Part shown: positions 12,015 through 25,085 of the stretch, piece after piece
Layout of the letters: each line of letters begins with the position of its first letter
Numbering within the stretch: the first letter of the stretch is position 1
Assembly (NCBI GenBank): GCA_021613535.1
Contig: CP075493.1
Coordinates: 13,268,001-13,332,000 of the forward strand
From: Adineta vaga
Taxonomy: Eukaryota; Animalia; Rotifera
Direction of reading: 5' to 3'
DNA: 64,000 nucleotides
Made by a program: the position numbers and the translations under genes
Notes under the pieces: generated by a model
What the model was told of the DNA's origin: nothing
Databases searched by the model: none
The model's input: the letters and a program-made list of their open reading frames with translations, nothing else

Positions 12015-15000
12015 TTAACATTGACATGTATTCAATAGGATAAATATTACACCACCTGTATCATCTGAAGCAAGTATATCTTGACAATTATCATTATTAA
12101 AATCAGCAGTAACAACCCACGTATAACCACCATTCATTCCTGTAGAAAATATCATTTGTACATCAAAATTTCCATCTCCATATCCAATTAGAACATAGAT
12201 AACAGATCTTGAAGTTGGATTAACAACGATATCTGAAATACCATCGTTATTGAAATCCCCAGAAGTAATTCGAGTATAATATGTTTTATTTCCTACAATA
12301 TACTTTTCTACTGCACTCATCGTTCCATTACCATACCCCAGAAGAACACCAATTCTCTTGCCACCACTATAAGAAACAGCAACATCCATTCGATGATCAC
12401 CATTATAATCACCAATACTAATATATGATGGATAATAATTTCCACCAACAAATGAAGTTTTCTGTTCTTCAAAAGTTCCATCACCTCGTCCAAGTAAAAT
12501 ACCAAGACCTCGCGTCATAATATTATTATAACTAATATCTTGATAACCGTCACCATTAAAATCAGCCATATCAACTGATGATGGATTTGCATTACGTCCA
12601 GTATAATAAGTTGTTTTATTCGAGAATGATCCATTACCATCACCTTGTAATACAATAATCATATTAAATGATGGAGCAGAAACAGCAATATCTGTATTAT
12701 TATCTCCATTAAAATCATAAGCAATAATACCTCTCAAATTCGTACTATTTCCCATATAAAATGTAACTAATGATCGAAATGTTCCATTACCATTTCCAAA
12801 CATCATATGAACAAAAGCACGATTTTCACTCGTAAAGACAATATCAAGTAGTCTATCGTTATTAAAATCAGCAACAGCTATACTAAAATACCAAGTTGTA
12901 AATGATTGTACAAAAGTCTTTCTTTCTGCTGTATAATGTCCTTTACCATCTCCAATCAACACATGAATACTACTAGTATTATAGTTAAAAAATAGAATAT
13001 CGAGTAAATTATCATGATTCAAATCGACAACAACAGGTGATTTCAAACCAGCACTAGAACTACTGTTATATGTAGTGGTTCTTTGAAACTTTAACTGACA
13101 AATGGGTACTGTAAAAAAAGAGAAACAAAATCATGAGAATCAGATTTGTACATCAAAAATTCTAGATTTACCATGTGTAGTTGAAGTTGTTGTTGACGTC
13201 ATTGTATTTTGCATATTTGTACTTTGACTAATACTGATTGTCATAGTTGACGAAGATGCTAACGAAAAAAAAAATCATTCAAATATACGTAGCGATGATG
13301 ACATAGAAATTTAGAAAATCAATATCCTACTGTTTAAACCAATATTCGTCTTTTCCAATCGGGGCATATAAATTGAAAAAAGAATCACAACCATGATTAC
13401 AATCAAGCATATGAGACATGCTAAAATAACCTTGATATACGATCGATTTGATGGTTGAGTATTGATTCTAAAGTAATAACAGATAGAGCTGATTCATAGC
13501 AAGAAACGAAAAGATGATACTCAGAAGAAATATTCATTGAAGTCGTCTGTACATCGGTAGTATGATCTACATCGAGATAACTGATTTTGGCAGTTGTAGT
13601 TCCAATTATATTCAAGCGATTCTTTCGATTTTTATGTAAATTCGCAATAATTTGTACTAATTTCGGACAGATCCATTTCAGAACAATTGTCAAGCCACCT
13701 TGAAGACCAAGAATAAGTGTGATTGTATAAAGCACATTGAATTTTTGAATATTTGTATACGAACATAATAGAGGTAAACATTGTTCGAAATATGATGAAT
13801 AATTTATAGTTGTTGCCCATTGTTCAACAAATAGATTATCGTTCAGTTCAGCTACCGTCGTATTTATTAAATATCGACTTCCTTCTATAGAAAGATGAAT
13901 TGAAGAATTTATCTTGTGTGTTGAATTTGTATATTTTTGAATTAAATTCAAACATAATGGATCATAGAAACATTCCAACGTCGAAGAGCGAAGCGATTCA
14001 CTTGGTAAACAACCCATTTTCAATCCTTTAATTGGAATCAGGATTGAAGAATTCATACTTTCTCCAATAAAGTTAGCTTGAGTAGTACAATTTGACTGTA
14101 ATCCACATGAACAATTTCTATCATAAATTATTGCTCGATTAGGAATGTATGGAACATACACATTCGCCGAAAACCAAGTCGAACTATATTCATAATTAGT
14201 ACCATAACTTGATACAAAAGCATTTTCATGATTGATACTTCGCATCAAAAAGAATAAACGTATTAATGTTTTCGATGCAGTGGATTTCTTCTGTTCAATC
14301 GATGAATTCAAACGTTGATGAAAATCATAATCGGATAAAAGTTCCGTTGTTATAAATAATGAATTAAGAAATTGTTCAATTGAATTATTAATCGATTGAA
14401 TCGATAGTTGACATAAACCTTGAAGATACTGTAAATGAGCAGAAAGAAAACGACGATAATCTCGTTGTTCATAGATAGATAGATTAGAAATAAGACCATC
14501 GGTAATTTTATTTCGCCATTGATCTGATGTAAATGAACTTGTACAAATCTATACAATTCAATATGTGAGAAACACGAAAATCGAATAAGATCTCTTACTT
14601 GATGAAATTCTGCTTCAATATCAACAAATTCAGCGTATTGTGATGCAATTACCGAACATGTACATTTGAATTTATCTCCATACGCTTCTTTCAATTGATT
14701 GTAGAAGTCAAATGATGGTTTATCAAATATTTTTGTTACAGTTTGAGGTTGAATAATACTGTATAATGTAAGAATAGTCAAACCAAGAGCAAATAAAATC
14801 AGATAAAGACGTGTTGTCCATTTTCCAAGATATTTCGCCGTCATTTGATCAACATGACTGCCAAAATCTCGTCTCGAGAATATATTCAGATGAATTATAC
14901 TGTTATACAAAAATATGAGAAAACTTTTTACCATTCTCTTCAATTGATTGTATGTCAGTCGACAGACTGTATAGAACGAAGATCAAAGGTTTTTGTTTTT

Positions 15001-18000
15001 CAAATACAAATCATAGAGTATTACCTGATTGCTGTTGTCGTCGTCGTCGTCGTCGTCTTCGAAAGATAATTTCAAGTAACTGACGGATATTGTTCGTGAA
15101 TACTGATGTAATGAAACGCAATGCAAATGTCAACCCACCAATCATTGAAATATATGTAATAATAACTTCGAAAAGAGATTTTAGACGAACACGTTGAGAA
15201 TAAGTGCAATAATTTGGTGAACATAAGTCATAGAAATGATTATACGAATATGATGGATTCCATTTCTCAATCATAATTTGTTCGACGATGGTTGATATTA
15301 GAGTATTCGGAGGATATCGACTTAGATTTGCATGATAGACAAGTGGTTGTACTTCGAACCATGATGGAAATTCAGCATTTTGATAATAACTATCTTTCAC
15401 ATAATTCTTAAGAATTGAATAACAATCTGTATCTGAATAGAAACAGAAAAGTTGAGAAAGTAATACAGATTGAAATGTCGAACAGCTTGCGATAGAACCG
15501 GGAACTATATAACTAATATAGGCATAGATACGTGAATTCCAAATACTATCCATTTGATAAACAGCTATGGGAGTTTGACAATCAGGATTAGTTGCACAAA
15601 TACAATTAATCGATGATAAATTAACATAACGAGTTCCAGGTAAGTTAAAGATAAGCTAAAAAATAAATGAATAGGATATAATGTAAAAAAGCGAAGAAAA
15701 TACATACTTGTAATGTTGATTCATTTGTGATATTATTTACTCGAATATTTGGTGTTAGAGAATTATCTTGAATTGTATCCCAATTGTTTTTTCGTGATAC
15801 CATATAAAATTGATCGATTTGCGTAAAAAGTCGTGCAATATTAACAAGAGAACCGAATGAATTGATCGTCGATTGAAAGAATTGATTGAGTATTGCATCT
15901 AACTGTGTAGAAAATTCAATTTGAGAAAGAACAGTCGAAGCAATTAAAGATTGAAGAAGAAAATGATGAACAGCATCATCGATCGTATTCTTAGCTAATT
16001 CACAAAGATTTGATAATAATTGAAATTGTAAATAAGCACGATTACGCCAATCTTCAGCATTGTAGTCAGTAATTTTTTGCATAAGTGAAAGCCAACGATC
16101 TGAAACAAAATCACTTGAACATACTTGATGTAAAATTGGAGATAATGTAAGAAATTTTTCATAAGGTAATATGGTTGTTGAACAAGGACATCGTAATGTA
16201 TTTGAATGTAAAACTTGTAAGTTGTTATAAGTTGTTAGAGATGGATTGGACTCTGTTATTGTAACAATATCAGTACTGAGAGAAGTAAAAATGAGAATAA
16301 CGGTAAATGAACCTACAGAGAAATTCCTGATTGAAAAGAAAAGTATTCAGTCGTGAGGAATAATGCTACCTGCTAAAAGAATTAAATAGATTCGAGTTAT
16401 GATCCTCTGCTGTTTGATATTATCTTCTGTGCGTTGTTCAATATGCTTGAATAAATTAAGCTTTTTCATGGCTTGAAAAAATCTTTTCGGATGTATATTT
16501 CGATATAATAGATGAACATTATGATCTGTGTAAGCATGTTTCAGTTTTGAAAAGCTTTGAATTAGAATAGGTGCAATTAAACGAAGTATAATAATCAGAC
16601 CACCGTATAAACTGATGAACATAGTCACGGCGTATGAGAAATTTGTTTGATCTATTGTTGTATATGAACATGAAGATGGAGCACATTCATTAAAATACTT
16701 TGGATAATTCACCTTTGTTGACCGTTCTTCAATGAATAAATCAAGTAAATAATCATAGACGGTAGAATTCTTTTGTTTTGGTGGTAAAATTGAATTGGTC
16801 CAATTTAAATCAAACTAAATGAAATGAATAAAAACATAACGATAAAGTATCAATTGAAACAAACTTGAGTCAGTGAAGGAAAGTAGTTGATTAATAATTG
16901 AATACATGCAATATCATACAAACAATCAAGTGTGCTTGGTAGAAGAGCTTCGAGAGGAGTACATCCTGTAAAAAATCCTTTGACATATGTTGAATTTGTT
17001 ATAGGTTTTGACCAGCCAGCAAAGATAAAGATTCCTAAAACACCTGATCTTGAGAGAAAACTTGCAGGAGTGATTGGATTTTGAATACCACACTTTAATG
17101 TTTCGGGCGTTGTAACGAATATAGTCGTATCTTCTGTGTATTGTGTTTCTAATTGATGAATAGTATATTGATTGATATCATAATAACTTCCAAGAATGAG
17201 ATTTGTATTCAGAGCTGATACCATATAATTTCCACGAACATAAACTCGTATATAATTCAGAAATGATATAATCTGAGTCGAGATACTATTCTTAATCAGA
17301 TTAATAGTTGCATTTAATTCCATTCGAAGTCGTTCTTCAGGAAGTAGATGAATTGTAAGAAATTCATCATTATCAAAATCGATTTGATTTTGAGAAACTG
17401 TATCATTAGAAATTGAACAGAGATCAGCCAAAAGTTGAAACTATTTTATACCTTTTTGTTTCTTCAAATATATTCATAAAATAATTGACTTACTTGAGAT
17501 TTAGCTGTTGTTCGAAAATCTGATACACTATATTCACTGGCATTTATAAAGTATAATGCTTCTATCCATGATTTATTGATAAAAATACTTGAACAAAGCG
17601 AATGAAATGCAATTGTATTTGAAACGAAATTTTTATGAGGTATAGTTATTGTTGAACATGGACAGGACAGAGTTTCAATATGATCATCATAAAGTTGATG
17701 GAAAATATTTGGAGTTATATGATAAATAGTGACAATTTGAGAATTTGGCTGCATTAAAGTAATGTAGAAAAGAATGTAGAGTGATACTGGAAATAAAGAA
17801 AGACAAATATGTACAGAATAGTATTGTTGAGATATAACTTACCCATAAGAAGAAGAACGTATAACCAAGTTGTGTATTTTTGATGTTTAAGAACAATTGT
17901 TGAATCTTTAGTTTCATTATCATCATCATAATCATCTTCTTCAAGCATAAAAAGATTATAATTCTTTCCTCGATCATGCAACCAGTAGAAAAGAACTTTT

Positions 18001-18008
18001 AATTGCAT
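12015..18008 (-). CDS. Large multi-exon membrane protein: three tandem 2-TM Cys-rich units + TM + Thr stalk + FG-GAP beta-propeller
   Basis: Each unit reads TM-(CxCS..FHxxCxSxF..W..D[FWY]R..QxL..LC)...(C.P..CxY)-TM(GGL). The C-terminal exon carries multiple DFNxDxxxD FG-GAP repeats. Adjacent ORFs are bounded by GT-AG sites. Confidence 0.8.
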
Positions 18009-18556
18009 TGTTAAGAACAGTAAATAACTACAAAAAAAAGTACAATTACTAAAAATATGCTATATCGGTTGAAATGAAATATTGCTTTCTTCTTTAATGA
18101 AATTAATTTTTTTTCTCTTTCAAGTATCCTGAACAAGAATAGGACAGATATACCAGATGTTATTATTTTCTTTCAAAAAATAGAACATTAATACTATTCT
18201 TTATCTTAATGTGAAGTACATTTTCTTAATTTCATTAATAAAAAGAAAGAAAGAACTGTGCAGCCCTTCTGCTGTTTTTATTATTAGTTTCATAAATGAA
18301 AGAAAGTGAACATCAAATGTTGTATAAAATCTTTTCGTTTCTATTTACATTTCATTGTGTTATAGTTGAATAAATACTCGTGATTGCCATTTTTTACTAT
18401 AACAGACACGAGGAAGATTTCTTTCCAATTCAAATATTTACTGTTGTGCTTTTTTTCTGAGAATTGTGCACTTCACTTGAAAGAGTGAAGAAAGAATCGA
18501 GCAGTTTCATTCACTATAATTTTTGTTGGAAACCGGCGACTTGTTTAGAAGCATTG

Positions 18557-20326
18557 ATGGAGAATTCAAGACGTGTAAAATCTGCAGATTATTCAGCAAA
18601 AATTCAACAATTGAATCGTGATATTCGTGAATGTCGTCAAGGTGCTTTATTTATGGCTCAAAAGGAACAAGAACGAGGTTATAGAATTAACGAAACTGAT
18701 AGTAAAAACGTCGAAAAAATTCGAATACGAATGATTAGATTACGTGTAGTTCGACATGATGACATGATAAGAAGTTATTCTGGTGCTGTGGTTAAACGAG
18801 AAATACCGAAAATACCAGAATTCCCCAACATTGGCATGGTACTGGAAGAGGAATCCCATAAACCCACAAAGAAGAATTCCTCACCACCAAAACATGTCAG
18901 AACACAATCGAAACACAAGTCAGCTAATAACCGCCCATCATCACCACCTCCTGTACTCAAAGTCGCGGCTGTTGTTCTCGACAAAAATCGAGCTATTATC
19001 GATATGAAAATTGAAGAAAAGCAATCGAATGATCGTATTGATGATAATAAGAACAACAACAACAACAACGATAGCGATATTGTTTATCCGGCAGGTGTGA
19101 AAGATCATCATCCATATAAGATTGTTGCTCAATATCGTCGATTGTTGGGAAAATCAACTGATTTTAATGCCGAACCGCTTTGTATAGGTGAAGATGAAAC
19201 AGAAACTACTATTCTTGGTTTAAGTAATTTTGCTGGACAGCACGGTTGTGATTTGATCTTCACCGATGAAGAACATCGCTTCGACAATAGTATGTATCGT
19301 GCTGCTTGTGGCGTAGCTGATTTAGGAAGTATTCATCTTCTGGCTACGGATGCTGTTCAAACAGCGACTTTTTGTTTCGTTATGGATTTTGATTTTAATA
19401 ATGAATTCGAAGAATCGACAGAGAGAGTCGAGTCATTTGTCACGGACTTTTGTCAGGCAATCGCAACTATTCTGGTATGTGATGCAAATAATATTCGTAT
19501 GTTTTCAATTAGCAAAATGGATAAAGACAAGAAGAAAAGTGAAGTAAAGTTTGGAGTCACAACAGCAGAAGTCAGCAAGACCGAACAACTTGCAGAGAAA
19601 TTAAAGGTAAACTTTTTAGATCTCATCATAGTCTTGCTGACGAATATTTTTCTTATTAAAATTTTATTTTAGAGTCGTGCTCGTTCAGGCTTTAGTGGTA
19701 ATAAAGTACTTGAGCGTGTTGTCGCTCGTAATTATGATTATACATGGAAACCAGCATTACAAGCTTTGAGATTACAAATAAGTGATCTTGCTCCTCAGTT
19801 TAATTTCGATTATAGACCAGACTATGTACCTAGCGAAGACAATCGCGGAGGCCATGTCTATTTTTTACCTCGTGGTTGGTATCGTCATGGTCTTCGTGTT
19901 CTGCATAAGTATGAAAAGGATTCGATATGGTTAGAAAGTACGAATGCAAAAGGTGTATGGCCAGTTGCCTTTCATGGAACAAAATCTTGGGCAGTACTAG
20001 ATATTGCTCAACACGGTTTAAAAACGAGTGCCGTTAAAGTTGATGCAATGCGACAAGATGCCATTGAACAAATGGGAAATGAGGCGGATGGTCCTGGCCT
20101 ATATGTAGCTACACATTGTGATGGTGGAGCAAATATCTATACTGAACCATTCACAGTTACATCATCTTCAAATCAGACTGAAAGTTTTCGTATAGTATTT
20201 CAATGCCGTGTTAAGCCCGAAAAATTTACAATTCACGAAAGTCCTGTAAATAACGGTAAAGCATGGCGTTATGTCGATCCAAGTTGCATACGTCCATATG
20301 GTATTTTATTGAAGAAAGAAAATTAA
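18557..20326 (+). CDS. ADP-ribosyltransferase (PARP/NEURL4-like fold) domain protein
   Basis: Two exons (intron 19607-19672, in frame). C-terminal motifs PRGWYRHGL, WPVAFHGT, GPGLYVA, FRIVFQCRVKP, IRPYGILLK. Confidence 0.75.
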
Positions 20327-21045
20327 ATAGTTTCAATCTGATTTATGAACTGAATATCAAAATAGTCTGTCGATCTGTTTTTCTAATAAATGTTTTCCTT
20401 TCCTAAGACATTGACAAGTGTGTAATATAGTTAGCATAGTGAGAAATGAATTCTGTCAACAATCATTTTAGAATCAAATGTATTGTTACTGACTAGTTCA
20501 ATGATGACGTAATCGCTTACATGTTTTTTTAAACTTTTATCTACAGTATGTAAAATGGAAAACTGAGGGTGAGCATTTGACTTTAATTGAGATATATTGT
20601 CCATATCCACACTAAATTAAAAAATTAAAATGAATATAGAAGAACTATATGAATATTTAATCGACGTTAAATGTGTTGGTAAGAAATATCTATACCAAAA
20701 TGGCAGGTATTAATTTTCACACTACACAATTTGATATGGATACACCCCCGGTAAACACATGAATCCTTACGAATTCACCAATCCTTTCCTTCCTATTAAC
20801 AAGACGGGGGTCTGTCTTTAGAATACTAAAGACAGATGGAAAGAATTGGATTATCGAATTTCTAATATAATAATTAGACTTTCAACAAATACATCATAGT
20901 ATTAACAATTAAATCAATTGCAGTATTCTAAAATTTTGAATTTGAGGTAAGTAGTAGAGATATAGCTGATCAATTAATTGTAATATTCTGAATTCTGAGT
21001 TGAGAATTTAATTAACCGAATTAATTTGGGAGTATCTAGTCAAGA

Positions 21046-21468
21046 TTATATCGGCTTAAATCTTGACCATACGATATTTTCCCGCTTTGGTGGTGCCGGT
21101 ACTTTCTCCTTCGGATGGGTACCTGCGCCATAGATATGGACGCGTCTTTCCTCCGAATATACTTGTAGATATATCCGTTTTTTTAGTTTCATTCGATACT
21201 CCCACGCATAGTACTGTTGCATCGGAAAATATTTTCCGCCTATGCGTTCAAAAGGTCTTTTTGACAGATGTTCTTTCAATTCTTCCAATAAATCTGGAAC
21301 TTCGAACTGAAGCTCTAGTAAGTTGTCGTAGACGTCCATATCGCAGGTGCCCACTTCATATATTACATCTGTTTCTTCTACACATGCCCATACGAAAAAA
21401 AAATAGCAAAATAAGACATGTTAAAACTTACTTTTTTCTTGATTCACGTTTTTCCGTTTTCCCCCCAT
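21046..21468 (-). CDS. RelE/ParE-like toxin-fold protein (spliced)
   Basis: ATG at 21468, 54-bp GT-AG intron 21378-21431 joining in frame. Motif LSKRP..WEYR..RIYLQV..ERRVHIYGAGTHPK. Confidence 0.6.
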
Positions 21469-21501
21469 GTGTTTCAAAATTTAATGTTGATACGCATGCC
21501 T

Positions 21502-21508
21502 TTTATAG
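21502..21508 (-). promoter_or_regulatory. TATA box of the RelE-like gene
   Basis: TATAAAA on the minus strand ~35 bp upstream of the ATG. Confidence 0.5.
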
Positions 21509-22383
21509 GCTCAGAGATCGCGTGTCATGAGTCACTGGGAATTTTGTGTTTATTAGTCATAAAAACGACGCAGTTTAATTTTTGTTACATATTCCAACAA
21601 CAATTCATATGAAGGAAAGAAAAGAATTTTTTTTCCAACATAAAGGAGTCATAGTTGGAAAGAGAAATATTGTAATTTGTAAATAGGATGTGGGTATGGA
21701 TGTAGAGAGACAATACCTACAGCCACTGAATTTTAAAACTGTATGGCGAGAATTTCCACCCAAATAAAGTTTTATAGATGAGATGATATGTAGAAACACA
21801 GTGTGTATGAACTTGGATTATTCATAGAGCCGATCAATATAATATATATTGTAGATATATTCATAGTATAGAACAGCTGTTTAAAAACTTTTAAAATGTA
21901 CTGAGATTGTTAGGAACAATACCAAACATGTCTATTGCGGCGCGGCAGTAGTAAGTATTTTTCTCCGAAAAATACACAATACACATAAATTCGACACACA
22001 AATTCAGTGTTACATTGGCGTGGCAGCGGTCAGTTTTTAACCGCGATGGACATATCTGTTAAGGAGAAAAAAAGTGAGACTTTCGTACTCCGTCATACTT
22101 TCGTCTTCTAGATAATTTTTCTTCTAATATTTTATATTTATGTTTTATTAGAAATATTTTTATAATATAAAAATAATCTATAAAATGAACCAATGGCTCT
22201 ATCTACTTTAGCTTTTCTTTTACATGAAGAGTGAAACAACTTCACTCGGGATGATTGTAGTAACAATTTAAGCAGATGAAAATTCGATGGAAAAGTGAAT
22301 GAATAAAACCAATTTTATTCGATTAAATAAAAGTACTTGAATATTGAATAAAAAATGTCAATTAAGTGAATTTCATTTTCAAA

Positions 22384-25085
22384 TCAAAAATATCCAAAAA
22401 TTTGTGCCTCGGAATATTGAACGCCACTACCATTCCCTCGTTGTGCTGTAATAAGAAGTCGATAACTCGTATAAGCAATTGTATTTGGAAATGTTTGTGG
22501 AGAACAAAAAACTTGTCTTCCGGGATCAATTGTTGAACTAATACCTGTTGGACCATTGTAAATCAATGTCCAACTCGAACCATTACTAAGAGCACTACCC
22601 GTAGCATTTGTACCTTCGAGTGTAATAGATATTGGATCACGAATTGGATAATCATTTGCAGTTGCAAAAAGAATTGTAGTAGCAACAGAAGAACTATTAA
22701 TACTCGGTGTGATATAGAAACCTGTGCTTACTCCAGGTTGATCATAGGTGCTATTAGGAGGAGTCGAAGTACCTCGATATCCAAAATTTAAATATTTCGT
22801 TGATGTCGAATTATCAATTGCTTTCGAAGCGTCTTCGCTTGAGAGACTGTTTCCATATCCACCGGTAGATAAACCTGCTGTTGTATTGTATATACCAACA
22901 ATAAAATCACCTGCTCGTGTTATTGCTACTAATGGTCGAGCTGTAGTTGTCGTTGTTGTCGACGTAGTTACTAAAAATTAATAAATCAAAAAGGAATTTT
23001 ATCACATTAACAAATTTAGCACGGTTCAACTTTCTTGAGGGGGAGTGTGTCAGTAGAGATGAACAGGACCCGTGTTTTTTAGTCTTGACTGAGGTCGCAG
23101 TCAGAAAATATTTTAGTCACAGGGTCACGACCATCATGTCTATCTCTAGGTATCAGACAAGATGGATCCTAACATTCAAACTCACACTGGCATCCTCTAG
23201 TCAACAATCAATAAGTTGTTTAAAGAGAAAACTCGCTAAGTATATACTCGAAGAAAAAGACAGATCTATTCGGAATATACGAAGAATCTGTTCTCGTTAT
23301 TAGGAGAAAAATTGACAACAGCGATCAAGAAAAGTCACTCATTCAGCTACAAAGTAAAAAATGTTTTATCTCTGATTGTGGAAAAATTTGTTGTGTTGAT
23401 TGTTTTAATGAGAAACATCGCACTATGTATTAAATGATTAAATAATATTAGAAGAAGAATTCTCTACCAATAGGCTACGTTCTTTAGTATTCAAAGAATC
23501 ACATTTATGTTTCGTCACCTTTGAATTATTTCTCATTCTTATTATAGACAGATGAAGAGTCATTCGAGTGTTAGCGAATCATCTTATAGTTTGATTAGAG
23601 TCAGATTGAATTAGTGTTACGTAGGAGTAAAATGCTTGAGTACAACCACAAAGACATGATCAGATGAAAGATTAATTGTATTAATGCTATGACCATCGTA
23701 CGTAATGAATCTATGAATGTTCTTATCTCTTTTTCTTCTCTCTCTTCTCTCTCTTGTGTGCGTATATGAATCACGTGTTTTCTGTTATAAGACAGAATTG
23801 GAAAAATTTAGCGGTGTGGTTAACATCTCTCTTTATACTGAGGATAGTGATAACGCTACTCTTCCAGTTTCGCTTTATGATCACAAATAAAATGAAGACT
23901 ACAGCCAGTAACAAAAATTCTATCCATATTATAAAATAACTAATATTCTCATTGAAAATTTATGACAGATTCAAAACAAATAGTGTGAAACCTTTACTCA
24001 TGAAAAACAAAAATATGGGTTCCATCGTACCGAATGTTTTAATTATAAATAAGACGAAAGATACAATTTCTAAATTTTGTTCAGATTATGAAGAATCTGT
24101 AGAAAAATAAATATAGATATATAAATTACCTGTAGTATTGATGATTGTTTTCTTTGGAAATAAAAATCCTAAAAGAATTGATGCGAGTGCAACTAACAAA
24201 ATAGCTAAAGTAAGTAAAGAAAGAAATAGACAAAGAGGTGAACAAGGACAGCATCCATAAGCAGCACATAATCTAATAAAATATCTCTGTTTAATCAACA
24301 GAAAAAATATGCAAAAGAATATTTACCGTTTTTGACGTTGTTTTTTTCTTTTCTCATAGTGTTGATCATCAAAATTTGATCGATTAGAGGGTTTTTTCTA
24401 TTTTTAACAAAATAACAAAATATAAAATAACTCACATGTCTTACATTGGTCTTATTTTCAAAATTAGAACAAAAATTAAGTATATCGGTATCGATGAAAG
24501 TTGATGTCTTATGAGACCTATTTGATTTTGTTCGTTTATGATTCCGATAATAATCAGTTAATTTACCATCATATGACTAAAATTATCAAAGAAAAATAAA
24601 ATCATTATTCATTAATATTTACTAATGTGAATGATTGATTATGACTATTAAGATCAAAATTAGATGGACTTTGATTTGATTGTTTTATTGAATATTGTTT
24701 ATTCGATAAATTTGGCTCATTGATTGTATTTTGAAGATATTCATTAGATGATTTGGTAATTTTCGTATTTTTTCGCTTATGGTGAATGGGTTTAGAACGA
24801 ATATTATTTGATAAACTCTGATGATTCTATAAAGAGTATTTTGCTTAATAAAAATAAGATTTTCCATGAGAAAAATATTACTGGTTTAATTAATGATGAA
24901 TGAGAGATTTTTGACATTTTTTATTCGAAAAATTTCAATGATTGCCGTTGATTATTGTTTATTGGAAATTATGTTTAGACTTGTAACGATAAGATTCGAG
25001 AATAAAATGAAGTTTGAAACATCTTGTTGAATTATTCTTTTTATTTGTTTATCGACAGAAATTCAATTAATGATGTTCTTTTACA
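22384..25085 (-). CDS. Type II membrane protein with C-terminal discoidin/galactose-binding-like domain
   Basis: Last exon 22384-~22971 (AIDNSTSTKYLNF, TANDYPIRDP, YTSYRLLIT, VQYSEAQ). TM exon ~24130-24287 with CCPC. The 5' exons and start are uncertain. Confidence 0.55.

Noticed and set aside
21063-21530. 155-aa plus-strand ORF as an antitoxin or overlapping gene
   Set aside because: It starts at TTG, has no motifs, and is the antisense shadow of the spliced minus-strand gene.
23050-23835. Possible MITE inside the long intron (AGAGATG...CATCTCT)
   Set aside because: The inverted match is only ~7 bp and there is no TSD, so it cannot be supported.
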